The notes beneath the pieces were generated by a model. It had not been told where the DNA came from. It was given only the letters and a program-made list of their open reading frames with translations, and searched no databases. From assembly GCA_024704765.1 (NCBI GenBank), contig JAKMXF010000199.1, forward strand, positions 620,605 to 684,604: DNA of 64,000 bases. Direction: 5' to 3'. Shown here one piece after another: positions 54,019 through 64,000 of this stretch; within the stretch, counting starts at the first letter, position 1; every line of letters begins with the position of its first letter. The stretch is from Oopsacas minuta. Taxonomy: Eukaryota > Animalia > Porifera. Made by a program: the position numbers and the translations under genes.

Positions 54019-54445
54019 ATGGCTTCTCTGGTTTGTAAAAATTCTCCTGAAAAGTTTTGTTATATTTGTGGGAGGTATACTACAACTGACCAACGGCAAA
54101 ATATCACAAAGGCTGTAGAACGCTGTTATTTCGCTTATTTTGGATGCCATCTTTGGGATCAAGATAAGCCGTGGGCTCCACACAATGCCTGAAAGACGCT
54201 TGTGGTATGCTGGGGAGAGAAATATAATCCCGTTTGCAGTTCCAATGATATGGAGAGAACCAATGTGTCTTCTTTCGGATTGTTATTTCTGTATGACAGA
54301 AATTGATGATATCACAAAAAAGAATAAATCCACTATTGCGTATCCAGACGTACCGTCCGCCATTAGGCCAGTTCTACATTCCGAGGACCTACCTGTACCA
54401 GTTCCATTGGAAATATTGGACATTTGCAGTGACAATGATAGTAGT
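54019..54445 (+). pseudogene. 5' fragment of a second Chapaev3-type transposase
   Basis: MASLVCKNSPEKFCYICG...YFGC...DQDKPWAPH, FAVPMIWREP...DCYFCMT, YPDVPSAIRPVLHS. Homologous to the 38.5-38.9 kb region. Confidence 0.85.
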
Positions 54446-54468
54446 GGAGATACTATCATTGTCGCTGC

Positions 54469-54512
54469 TATCTGTTTGTCTGTCTGTTTGTCTGTCCGTC
54501 CGTTTGTCCGTT
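54469..54512. repeat. (TGTC/TGTT/CGTC)n imperfect microsatellite
   Basis: CTATCTGTTTGTCTGTCTGTTTGTCTGTCCGTCCGTTTGTCCG, located where the Chapaev3 fragment breaks off. Confidence 0.75.
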
Positions 54513-55477
54513 GCTAAGGAAGCTGAGATGGAATGTGGAATTCGTATTTGCAAAAATGTTTGTATCTTTATATCTATGGTATTAATCAGGAAATAAACAA
54601 ATTTCAAAATTATCTTAGAAACGTGGTTTCAACGGTTATTGTGGGGTAATCGGGTACGCTGATTCCGAATATCACACAAACGAATAGTCCTAAGTTAAGC
54701 GAGGGCCGAAGGCCGAGTACGGACACGAAGTGCTAGAATCCGCGTAGCGCAAGGACGCATAGTGCACTAGTGATAGTTAATACTAGTATGATTTAGTGAG
54801 TAATAAACAAAAATGTATGTTTAATTTCATATATTAAATCGCATATTGGTGCAATCTTCTAACCAGAAAATTACAAATTCTAGACCTGTTGTAAATACAT
54901 ACTTAACCCATTCATAAACAATCCCTTCAAATTCTTCAATTTCAGCTATTTTTATTTTAATCATCAAAAACCTTTTACAATTTTGTATATCAGTGTTATT
55001 TAACTGGAAAAATTACCAAAATTATTGGACATCTGAACATTAAAACTATTCAAATTGCGTAATTTCTGAGTGATTTTCGAATCATTTATAAATACAACCA
55101 TAATAAACAACTGCATTCTCCACAATGGTATTAAGTAATATTGTATTAACCAAATTAAGTAGCTAGTAGTATGTTTTGTATTTTAAGGAATTTCTTGCAA
55201 AATTAAGGCTAAAAAATATTTATCCCGTAAATGTCCTTTTGAGAGCATTTCATTGAAGTTCCATCTGATTTCTAATGTAAATATAATCATTCGAAAATAG
55301 AATTAAATCATCGAATTGAAAGAATTACGCACAAAGTTCGAACCCGACCCGAACCCGATTCCAACTCTGGGCTACGTATCGGTTTCCAATTATTCCAAAT
55401 ATTAGGGTTTCTAAAGAGTAATACGTTACTCTAATCTCAAAGGGACTTCGTAATTGTACAAATGGAATGTTAACATC

Positions 55478-55760
55478 TTATACATCAGGATATTGACTTC
55501 TAATCTCAGCAATTAGGTTTGCGAAGGCATTATCTCAATTGCTTTCCTCCAACAAATCTCTGCAATGTGTGTATCTAATAGTCCGGGTTTTGTGGTCATT
55601 GACGGCTTCCAAAATTTCTTGGTCCACCCCAGGTACTTTCGATACTTTGTGTATGTCCAGCAGTTACATGGTCAACAATGTTTATACTGTGGTTTAGATT
55701 AAGATGATGGAATGTTGCAGGACGAATGCTATGGTAAGATGCCCACTTATCTGTACTTTT
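55478..55760 (-). pseudogene. 3' fragment of a second Merlin transposase
   Basis: STDKWASYHSI...NHSINIVD...HTQSIESTWGG and LLDTHIAEICW...NLIAEIRSQYPDV*, collinear with the 28034-28330 C-terminus. Confidence 0.8.
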
Positions 55761-56106
55761 TATACTGTTCCAAAGCAATTTACCTAATTGTGGACAATAT
55801 CTGTGTAGCTATGAAGATATGCTCTGCCAGGGAAAGGTCAGGACTTGTATCAAGCCTTACTTAAGGAGTCTTCAAAAGAAAGGTGTATTACGATATGGGG
55901 CCAATTTGAAGGTTTTCTTAATTGTTAATGTTTATCTATCTAATATACGGTGGAATAGCCCAACTAAGAGCGAATTTCAATGGATTTGTCTTAATCTAAT
56001 GAATTTGTATAAGTTCATATATTTAACCAGCCTACGGCTTCACATAGACATAACATAGTGAAATCTTATATTGACCTGTGTTAATTGTATATAATTATAG
56101 TATATA

Positions 56107-56249
56107 CTAGAGCGTAACTACCGTTGAGGCAGGGGAGGCAGTTGCCTCCTAGCTTTTTCGGGCGTTGCATCATCTCCCTATTGTAACCGCATATTGAGGC
56201 AAATATCCATCCTGTCCTCCACGTTCCGGGATCTCTAGTTACGCCCCAG
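56107..56249. mobile_element. Small hAT-like MITE
   Basis: Imperfect TIR CT(A/G)G(A/G)GCGTAACTA (12/14). No clean TSD. Confidence 0.5.
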
Positions 56250-56737
56250 ATATATAGAGCTTATACTTCCTCTGTATAATGAACTAAGCTGGTAATATAT
56301 CTTGAACCAAGATCATGACTTTTATATTCGCAGAAAACAAGTTCTAACAATATCCCAGGGCCAACCTGAAAAAAACATCAAAACCCGTAGTTCAAACTGA
56401 TATTTCAATTGCAGAGAACAAAGTACTTGTATATTCCACTCAATATTTGTTCAAAATTAGTTCACCCTCTAGTACTCATACTCTGAAAGCAAAGCCCCAG
56501 CTGGAGTATTTTATCAAAGTTAACTTCATGATTGTCCAAAAACATGGTTTTGAGATAACCAATGAAATATATATATATATGTCTTAAATTTCAATGAGAA
56601 AAATTCGCTATTACAGGTTGTTTCTTTCTTGATATACTGATTATTGAAAAGGGAAATTACAGTATACATGGCCTATTTATTGGAACCCATAATGTGGTGA
56701 TAACAGCCATTCGTGCATATTATTAGGTGTGTTGCGA

Positions 56738-59700
56738 GAGATTATAACTCATCTATATTAAACGACTGTGAATTTGCAGGATATTCGACCAGGATCATTT
56801 CAATCACTAATTTCTCCTACCTGTACTCATCAGATATACACGAAATTAATATCATTCGGTAGAGGAGTGTTGGACTATGTATAAAATATAATTTTCTTAA
56901 ATATTTGTAACTTTTGCCTATCGATCTTTGTCATGATGAGTAGGGTCGCTTATCTACTAAAAATGACAAGCTGAATGTGAGAATTCAAATCTGAAATTTT
57001 GTGTCTATATTTGTGACCCATGGACGTTTATGTAAATTAAATTTCATCCAAAAATTCCTAAAACTCGAGGAGATACAAGTATTCAAATTTGAAGTCAAAG
57101 TTATATTGGAGAGAGGTGAGCATCATTTTACAAAAAGTAGGGTCAGTTCAAATTGATATTTGATATCCAAAATCAAACTCAAACTATTATATTTTGATAA
57201 CAATCGATGGCCGAGACATGGATGTATACCATTAAGTCACTATAATCATGAAATTCTGAAAGATACAGTCACAATGGGGTTCTAAAAATGGCATAATTGT
57301 CGTTTTTTATGTATTTTGGAATTTTCAATTTAGACTCAAATTTCAAAAATAATTCTTTCCCAGAATCGCCTAAAACTTCACAAGCTCCTTCTTTTATATT
57401 ATGTCATTCAATTTCTTTGAGAAAACAGGGATCGCTGGTACTTTTTTATGAATATTACAAGTATAATATTTTGTGAATTATTTTTTCCACTAACCATATC
57501 ATTGTTCACATTGTCTAGTACAGGGGTTTTCAACCTAGGGGTCGCGACCCCCAGGGGGGGCGCGAAGGCTTTCTAGTTGGGTCGCAAAAAGTTCAGATAA
57601 TTTACATAACATTATTAATATTTACCGATTAACAAGTCAAAAATTGTTTAAATTATCAACTTTTAGCTGAATTCAAAATGCATTGTCCTTCTATTGCGTG
57701 TGCATTGCTATGTGCAATGTACATGCTATATACGCGCAATGTGCTTTCACCGCATGTACAATGGTTGTACTTACGTATATATGACATTGGTATTGTATTT
57801 CATGACGATACTGGCATCATAGCATTGGAACTTGAGGTGGCTAGATTTAATTTAAACAATAGAAAACATTAGGAATCATTTCCATACTGACTATACATGG
57901 ATATTTCACAAGTTAAGTTTATAAATACTCCAATTAGATATATTTTCTTTACGTATATCCCTTGACATTTCTCATTTTATCTTCGTACTTCAATTTTACG
58001 AAATCCAGCTTTCAAAACAACTGTTAAGATGGCTGGAAAAAGCAACATTAAAACGCGAACATACTCCGAAGGCTATTTAAAATTGTTGAACATGATTTGA
58101 GATGCTGTCTTTCTAAACTGAGCCAAGAAATTCTCAACTTGTTGAAAAACGAAAACAGTTTCAACCTTGACATTAAGAATATAAATGAAAAATTTCATTC
58201 ATAATTATGTATGTGTGATTTTATGTTATATTAAGTACAAGCTCCAATAAAAAATTTCGTTTCGTTATTAGGGGGGGTCGTGAGTATTCCCACATCTATA
58301 AGTGGGGGCGTAAGGTGGAAAAGGTTGAAAACCCCTGGTCTAGTACAATACTAGACTATCTCATAAGACTAATGAGCATGACTGTTGTTTACGCATAAAG
58401 TAACACATGTTACAACTCTTCTCTTGGTTCCCATTCTAATGTTGCTACAACAAACGAATAATGAAACCGCAAATTACTCATCTATTTTCGATATGTCTAA
58501 TATTCTTAAGTCCAATCTCCATACTACATATGTATTATAATACAATTTTCACGGGACAATGCGACTGTAAGGTTAGCGTAGTATTCAAAACGTGTAAGTT
58601 CGCCCACTCTAAATTTATTTTTAGATAAAATGACTACTTGTTCTAACTGTTGTAGTCTTTCGCCCCAGTTTAGTCATAACAATTGCCACAATTGTTATGA
58701 ATAATTCTTCTTTCAATAAATGCCTTATTAAATATTGATCTAATTATTTCTACATCTTCCCTGCAAACGTATTAGCAGATAAGATGTAGAATTACCTTGA
58801 TCTCACTTTGGCAATTTATTTGATGCCCAGGAACACAAAGGGGAATATTTGGTAACATGTCTTCATTAATCTTAGATTAGAACATCCTATAGAATTCAGA
58901 TGGCTCTGTGGCGTATTTATAATAGACTACTAAATAGCATTTCTACTTTATTCTTTGATGGAATAATATAACTTAATTTGTTCTTTTTCCTTTTGGGCCA
59001 CTCGTCCCTACAAATCTTCCTCATTTTCGCAACACTTTTTTATTTTTTTGTTTAAATGCTTCACTTGCTAATGTTATAAAAGCAAATTTTAATACAGTAA
59101 TCCTGCCATCTATATTAACGTATTTTGACCTGTGGCCTTTAGCCTAGTTTCGTATTTCAAAATATTATGTTTTACTATCTTAAACTAATTCTACACTAGC
59201 GTCACTACCTCTTACAGTAATATCTTTGTCACTATATACTCTAAACAAATATTTCAGAAATACTAAAGTATAGTCTAGTATTGTACTAGACAATGTGAAC
59301 AATGATATGGCTAGTGGAAAAAATATTTTACAAAAAATATTATACTTGTAATATTCATAAAAAAGTACCAGCGATCCCTGTTTTCTCAAAGAAATTGAAT
59401 GACATAATATAAAAGAAGGAGCTTGTGAAGTTTTAGGCGATTCTGGGAAAGAATTATTTTTGAAATTTGAGTCTAAATTGAAAATTCCAAAATACATAAA
59501 AAACGACAATTATGCCATTTTTAGAACCCCATTGTGACTGTATCTTTCAGAATTTCATGATTATAGTGACTTAATGGTATACATCCATGTCTCGGCCATC
59601 GATTGTTATCAAAATATAATAGTTTGAGTTTGATTTTGGATATCAAATATCAATTTGAACTGACCCTACTTTTTGTAAAATGATGCTCACCTCTCTCCAA

Positions 59701-60068
59701 TATAACTTTGACTTCAAATTTGAATACTTGTATCTCCTCGAGTTTTAGGAATTTTTGGATGAAATTTAATTTACATAAACGTCCATGGGTCACAAATATA
59801 GACACAAAATTTCAGATTTGAATTCTCACATTCAGCTTGTCATTTTTAGTAGATAAGCGACCCTACTCATCATGACAAAGATCGATAGGCAAAAGTTACA
59901 AATATTTAAGAAAATTATATTTTATACATAGTCCAACACTCCTCTACCGAATGATATTAATTTCGTGTATATCTGATGAGTACAGGTAGGAGAAATTAGT
60001 GATTGAAATGATCCTGGTCGAATATCCTGCAAATTCACAGTCGTTTAATATAGATTAGTTAAAATCTC
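56738..60068. repeat. Large inverted repeat (~800-bp arms, ~910-bp spacer), unclassified foldback element
   Basis: 56738-57520 plus 58346-58359 is the reverse complement of 59270-60068, with few differences (mostly at the inner end). No ORF and no TSD recognised. Confidence 0.93.
57521..58337. mobile_element. Buster-type hAT MITE (817 bp) inserted in the left arm of the large inverted repeat
   Basis: Perfect 16-bp TIR CAGGGGTTTTCAACCT. Perfect 8-bp TSD GTCTAGTA. The opposite arm has the empty site. Confidence 0.96.
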
Positions 60069-60609
60069 AAGGTGAAAGACTGTCCCTGGGCCAATAATAC
60101 TAATGAGTTAAAATCTCACCCAACAGCACTATATACGTAGCCCACATTATATATATTCCATAGCACGAATCTATATATCCCTAGAAAATAGCTATTCATT
60201 GGTTCATAATAATACGAGATATGGCCATTTTTGAGGTGACGTCATGAACTTTGAAGTTCAAATATCTATGGCGTCATAAATGGGAATTTATCCTCAAAAA
60301 TTTTTTCAGAAAAGTTATTTTTGTTTAAAGTTATCAAATTTATTCGAATCGACACTAACGACAAATATATAAATGTAACAATCACCATTTTGTCAAGGTT
60401 TTAGATTAGGACTTACTTGTGGGGCACAGTGCCTCAAATAGTAAGTAATCGGTTAAATAAAGGAGGGAAGAATAACCTTGAATCAGAACATAGTAATAAT
60501 AAATTTGAGTAAACATCCAGGCGTACTTTCAGAGATGAATAGTATCTCGCGAACACCTAGAAATTGTTCAGCGACCCCCAGTTTGGGAAACAATGATCTA
60601 GATTCGGAA

Positions 60610-61760
60610 AACCCTCATACGAGTATACATCCTTAATGGTACCAATGCTAGCCCTGTCTGGGTACGGAATGGGCATCCTCACATTATTCCCCTTTTCAAT
60701 AGTCTTGCTATGTTTTATACTAGACCGTATCATGTCAGCACCTTGCTTCCTGACTGCTCTCCAGCCTCCTTGATGGAGCTTCTCAGTACTTCCCGATTTC
60801 CTGCAGTACTCATCTCGCGCACAGGAGTACTGTACTAGAGTCTTACAGTACGCGTTTTCTTGGTTCAGGCAGTCAGTATGTATTGGATCCAGTTTACAAT
60901 GGCTGCAACTCACAGTGCAATTGCCATCATCTATTACACAGGCTGGACAGAGAGGATAGTCAGTGAAGTAGGTGTCAGATGCGTAGGGAATAGGAGATGG
61001 TGTTGGACGTGAGTGGGATGGATCAAAGGGTATCGGCTCGGGCTGGCCTGAAGTAATGTTAATGGTAATGCAGTAGTATTTTCTATCACTACTGTCGAGA
61101 ATAGTTGAGAATTTTCAAACAAAGTATTAATTTGTAAATAAGTAAAAAATTATGTCCTCCTAAATTATTTACAAAAGCAATTCAAAATTAACAAGCAATT
61201 TTACATATGCTGCGTTATCAATACCTTGTAATTGTTTAAAAAACCAATACAAGTGAAATTTTTTGTCTGATTTTCCGAATTAAAAAATTCAAGGTGTAAT
61301 TCGTGTCCCGATCAGCAGGGGGTACAGTAAGGTTGTAAGAATCGTCATCAAGATAGTAGGCATACATATCTTGCCTTTTTAGCTTAGAAAATGTAGAGGC
61401 GTACAAAGAGGACAATTCCTGCACGAAGTACATAATAGTTGTGATTGAGTTCGTGATGTGCGGCCGCTAAAGTATCCCACAGGTCTTCATTAGCCATACG
61501 CGTAACTTGCTCCGTGTAGTCCCCGGATTTTACCCCCTTTCACGTACAGGACATTTGGACATCAAACTCCTCAAACAGAATAGCGCAACTTGGTCCTGCC
61601 CCAATTGGGATCGTAGGTATTGCAAACATCCTCTCTGTAGCTCTCTATAAATCCCAGCTCTCTCCTCTCTCTCCACCAAATGTAAATTGATTGAGTTACT
61701 AAAGCTCTGCTCCGAAAATTTCTTAAGCATTTGACCAAGGGAAAAGTATAATGATTTTGT
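60610..61760 (-). pseudogene. Remnants of a KRBA2/Ginger-like integrase with the catalytic core missing
   Basis: NEDLWDTLAAAHHELNH (integrase HH Zn-binding-like) near 61450-61500. Cys-rich CPAC...SCSHC..IHTDC near 60880-60950. Tail VRKQGADMIRSS...GNNVRMPIPYPDR resembles the C-terminus of KRBA2-like integrases. Confidence 0.5.
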
Positions 61761-62004
61761 CCATTAGAAACATACGCAAACAATAATGACAAATTTATAC
61801 TAACTAGTTAGAAATAGCGCAGTAACTGTCGCGTGATAGTACAAGTGTTATTATAGGTCTATCCCCCAGTAGCATCTAGGTAACTTTGGTATGTGTGTTG
61901 ATTAGTGATTACACAAATATATTCGCATTTTTGTTAACTCATAGTAGCAAAAGTAGCAAATTATATAAGAATAATCTTACTCAATTTGGACGGTGACATA
62001 TATA

Positions 62005-62918
62005 CAGTCAGGGGACAAAAGTATTCGACCACACAAATATATTGTCATAAATTGTATACTCTTTCCCGCTCCTATATATTGTGTAGTCTATATTCGTAGC
62101 TGCTATCTAGTAATTTGTATAGAATAACACATGTTTTCAAGAATTTCAAAAAAATATTTTAGATTGACACTTTTTGAAGGTGTTAATTATTAATAATTAT
62201 TAGATAATTATTGATAATCAAAATATGTGGTAATTCAAAACCTATTAAGAATCTATAATTTCTGACTTGATATTTGAATTCTACGTAGGCGAGTTACCCC
62301 AGATTGAAATTTCCAATCGGATTGAACAATTTTTACCAGAGTTATAGATGAATTTCAATTTTGTGCCATTTGTGCCACCTTTTGCCCAAGGTGGCACAAG
62401 TGGCCGCTACCAAGAGGTTATTTTGGAATTCAAGGGTTAGCATAGTCATATCATTCGAAAATATTACTTCGACTTATTCCTCCTAACCCTAGTTGATTTC
62501 CTTGTAGTGGCGCTTTTTCCTGCCACCTGTGCCACTTTTTGAAAAAGTGGCACAAGTGGGACAAATTGAAATTCTTTTATAACTCTGGTAAAATTGTTCA
62601 ATCCGATTGGAAATTTCAATCTGGGGTAACTCGCCTACGTAGAATTCAAATATCAAGTCAGAAATTATAGATTCTTAATAGGTTTTGAATTACCACATAT
62701 TTTGATTATCAATAATTATCTAATAATTATTAATAATTAACACCTTCAAAAAGTGTCAATCTAAAATATTTTTTTGAAATTCTTGAAAACATGTGTTATT
62801 CTATACAAATTACTAGATAGCAGCTACGAATATAGACTACACAATATATAGGAGCGGGAAAGAGTATACAATTTATGACAATATATTTGTGTGGTCGAAT
62901 ACTTTTGTCCCCTGACTG
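62005..62918. mobile_element. Young Tc1-like foldback MITE (914 bp) with ~340-bp near-perfect arms
   Basis: TA TSD. Terminus CAGTCAGGGGACAAAAGTATT. Arms 62005-62346 and 62578-62918 differ by about one base in a T-run. Centre contains two short hairpins. Confidence 0.95.
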
Positions 62919-63643
62919 TACTTATATATGATTAATTGCGTTTTAATAGTACTAGAGCGCTTCGCTTTCCTGGGTCGCTGCGTGATGAGCGGACGCATCC
63001 TTGAGCTTTGTGCCTTGTACAAGCATAATTAATAAACAGTTAAATTTTTCAGAGTTCTCGGGTGGCTACGCGACCTGATTACTCAGCACTACCTGGCTCG
63101 AATTCACAGAATAGCTAAGATTTTAATGTTTTATATTATTCATGAATATTTGATACAAATGCAAATAATGAACGGTCAGCTCAGGTAGAAGAAATCGGGG
63201 GTTTCGCCAAATATAGCAAATACAGTAGATTCCGAACCAATAGGGAACATCGGAGCCAGGCATTTTGACCAGATTAAGCGAAATATAGGTGTTGGGAACC
63301 TGAAGAAACTTATTACTTTTTGTATGTTTCTTTTTCTGGCGAGCTGAAAAGAAATAAAATTTCAGGAAACTAAACCAAATGATAATACAAATCCCATCGA
63401 AACAATTTCGTACTAAAGTAGATTTTTGTTAAATTCTAAAATTGCGAGGTTATGTCTCTAAATTAGGGTGGGGTTCTCCCAAAATTAAGAAAAGACTTCA
63501 TCCCTTCCATAATTGTCTCGTGCAGCTCCCGTTAGAGATACAATTCGAAATATATTAAAGACTGAATGAACATCACAATTCATAACCTGAAAATACAAAG
63601 ATTACAGTATTCAAATATATAGGGAATAAAAATTATGTACATA

Positions 63644-64000
63644 TCATTTTGATCTAGAAAAATGCTGACAAATGTACTGAGCCAGAGAGTAAAACTTTTT
63701 TCCATCTTCACCAGTTATTCCCATATTATCAAGATATTTTTCATCTAAATAATAAAGCTGTATCGTGTCCTTAAAACCTGAACGTAATAGTAAAGAGTAG
63801 TATTTTCCTAAGCCGTATTTAATTAAAAACATTTCTAATTCAGTATTTTGTAAAGATTCAATAGTTTCTTCTATGGAAATCGAAGAAACACCTACACTCG
63901 ATTTTGGTTGAGCAATTGCAACCATTTTGCTACCTTCATTAGAAGAGTGAGACTTGTTAGCTAACATTTCATCATATAAATAATCTATATCTGAAGAGGT
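63644..64000 (-). CDS. C-terminal part of a host protein ending in a SAM (sterile alpha motif) domain
   Basis: LEMFLIKYGLGKYYSLLLRSGFKDTIQLYYLDEKYLDNMGITGEDGKKFYSLAQ fits the SAM pattern. The frame stays open upstream of the annotated Met (TSSDIDYLYDE) to base 64000, so the gene continues outside the window. Confidence 0.7.
   Translation of the reverse strand, partial: TSSDIDYLYDEMLANKSHSSNEGSKMVAIAQPKSSVGVSSISIEETIESLQNTELEMFLIKYGLGKYYSLLLRSGFKDTIQLYYLDEKYLDNMGITGEDGKKFYSLAQYICQHFSRSK

Noticed and set aside
59180-59509. 109-aa ORF in the inverted-repeat arm
   Set aside because: Low-complexity AT-rich translation with no motifs. It mostly lies in repeat-arm sequence and is probably spurious.

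Overview
AT-rich eukaryotic (most likely animal) genomic DNA that is mostly a graveyard of nested cut-and-paste DNA transposons. I find two probable host genes: an intact, intronless TFIIB (32348-33304, +) and the 3' end of a SAM-domain protein entering from the right edge (63644-64000, -). Recognisable transposon lineages are five distinct mariner (DD34D) copies, one ITmD37E, two nested maT/DD37D elements, several hAT families (ZMYM1-like, Buster/Charlie-like, ZNF862-like, BED/DUF659-like), Merlin, Chapaev3, a decayed Chapaev-like element, a Mutator-like element, a KRBA2/Ginger-like integrase remnant, and MITEs. Every transposase is broken. Many element ends could be resolved to the base from TIRs and TSDs. 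The most notable structures are a Merlin element with ~410-bp TIRs and an 8-bp TSD ending ~240 bp upstream of the TFIIB start codon, two further long foldbacks, and several informative nested insertions. I found no CRISPR array, rRNA, tRNA or reverse-transcriptase motif, and no evidence of a demonstrably new biological system. Family assignments come from motif recognition by eye, not database searches.
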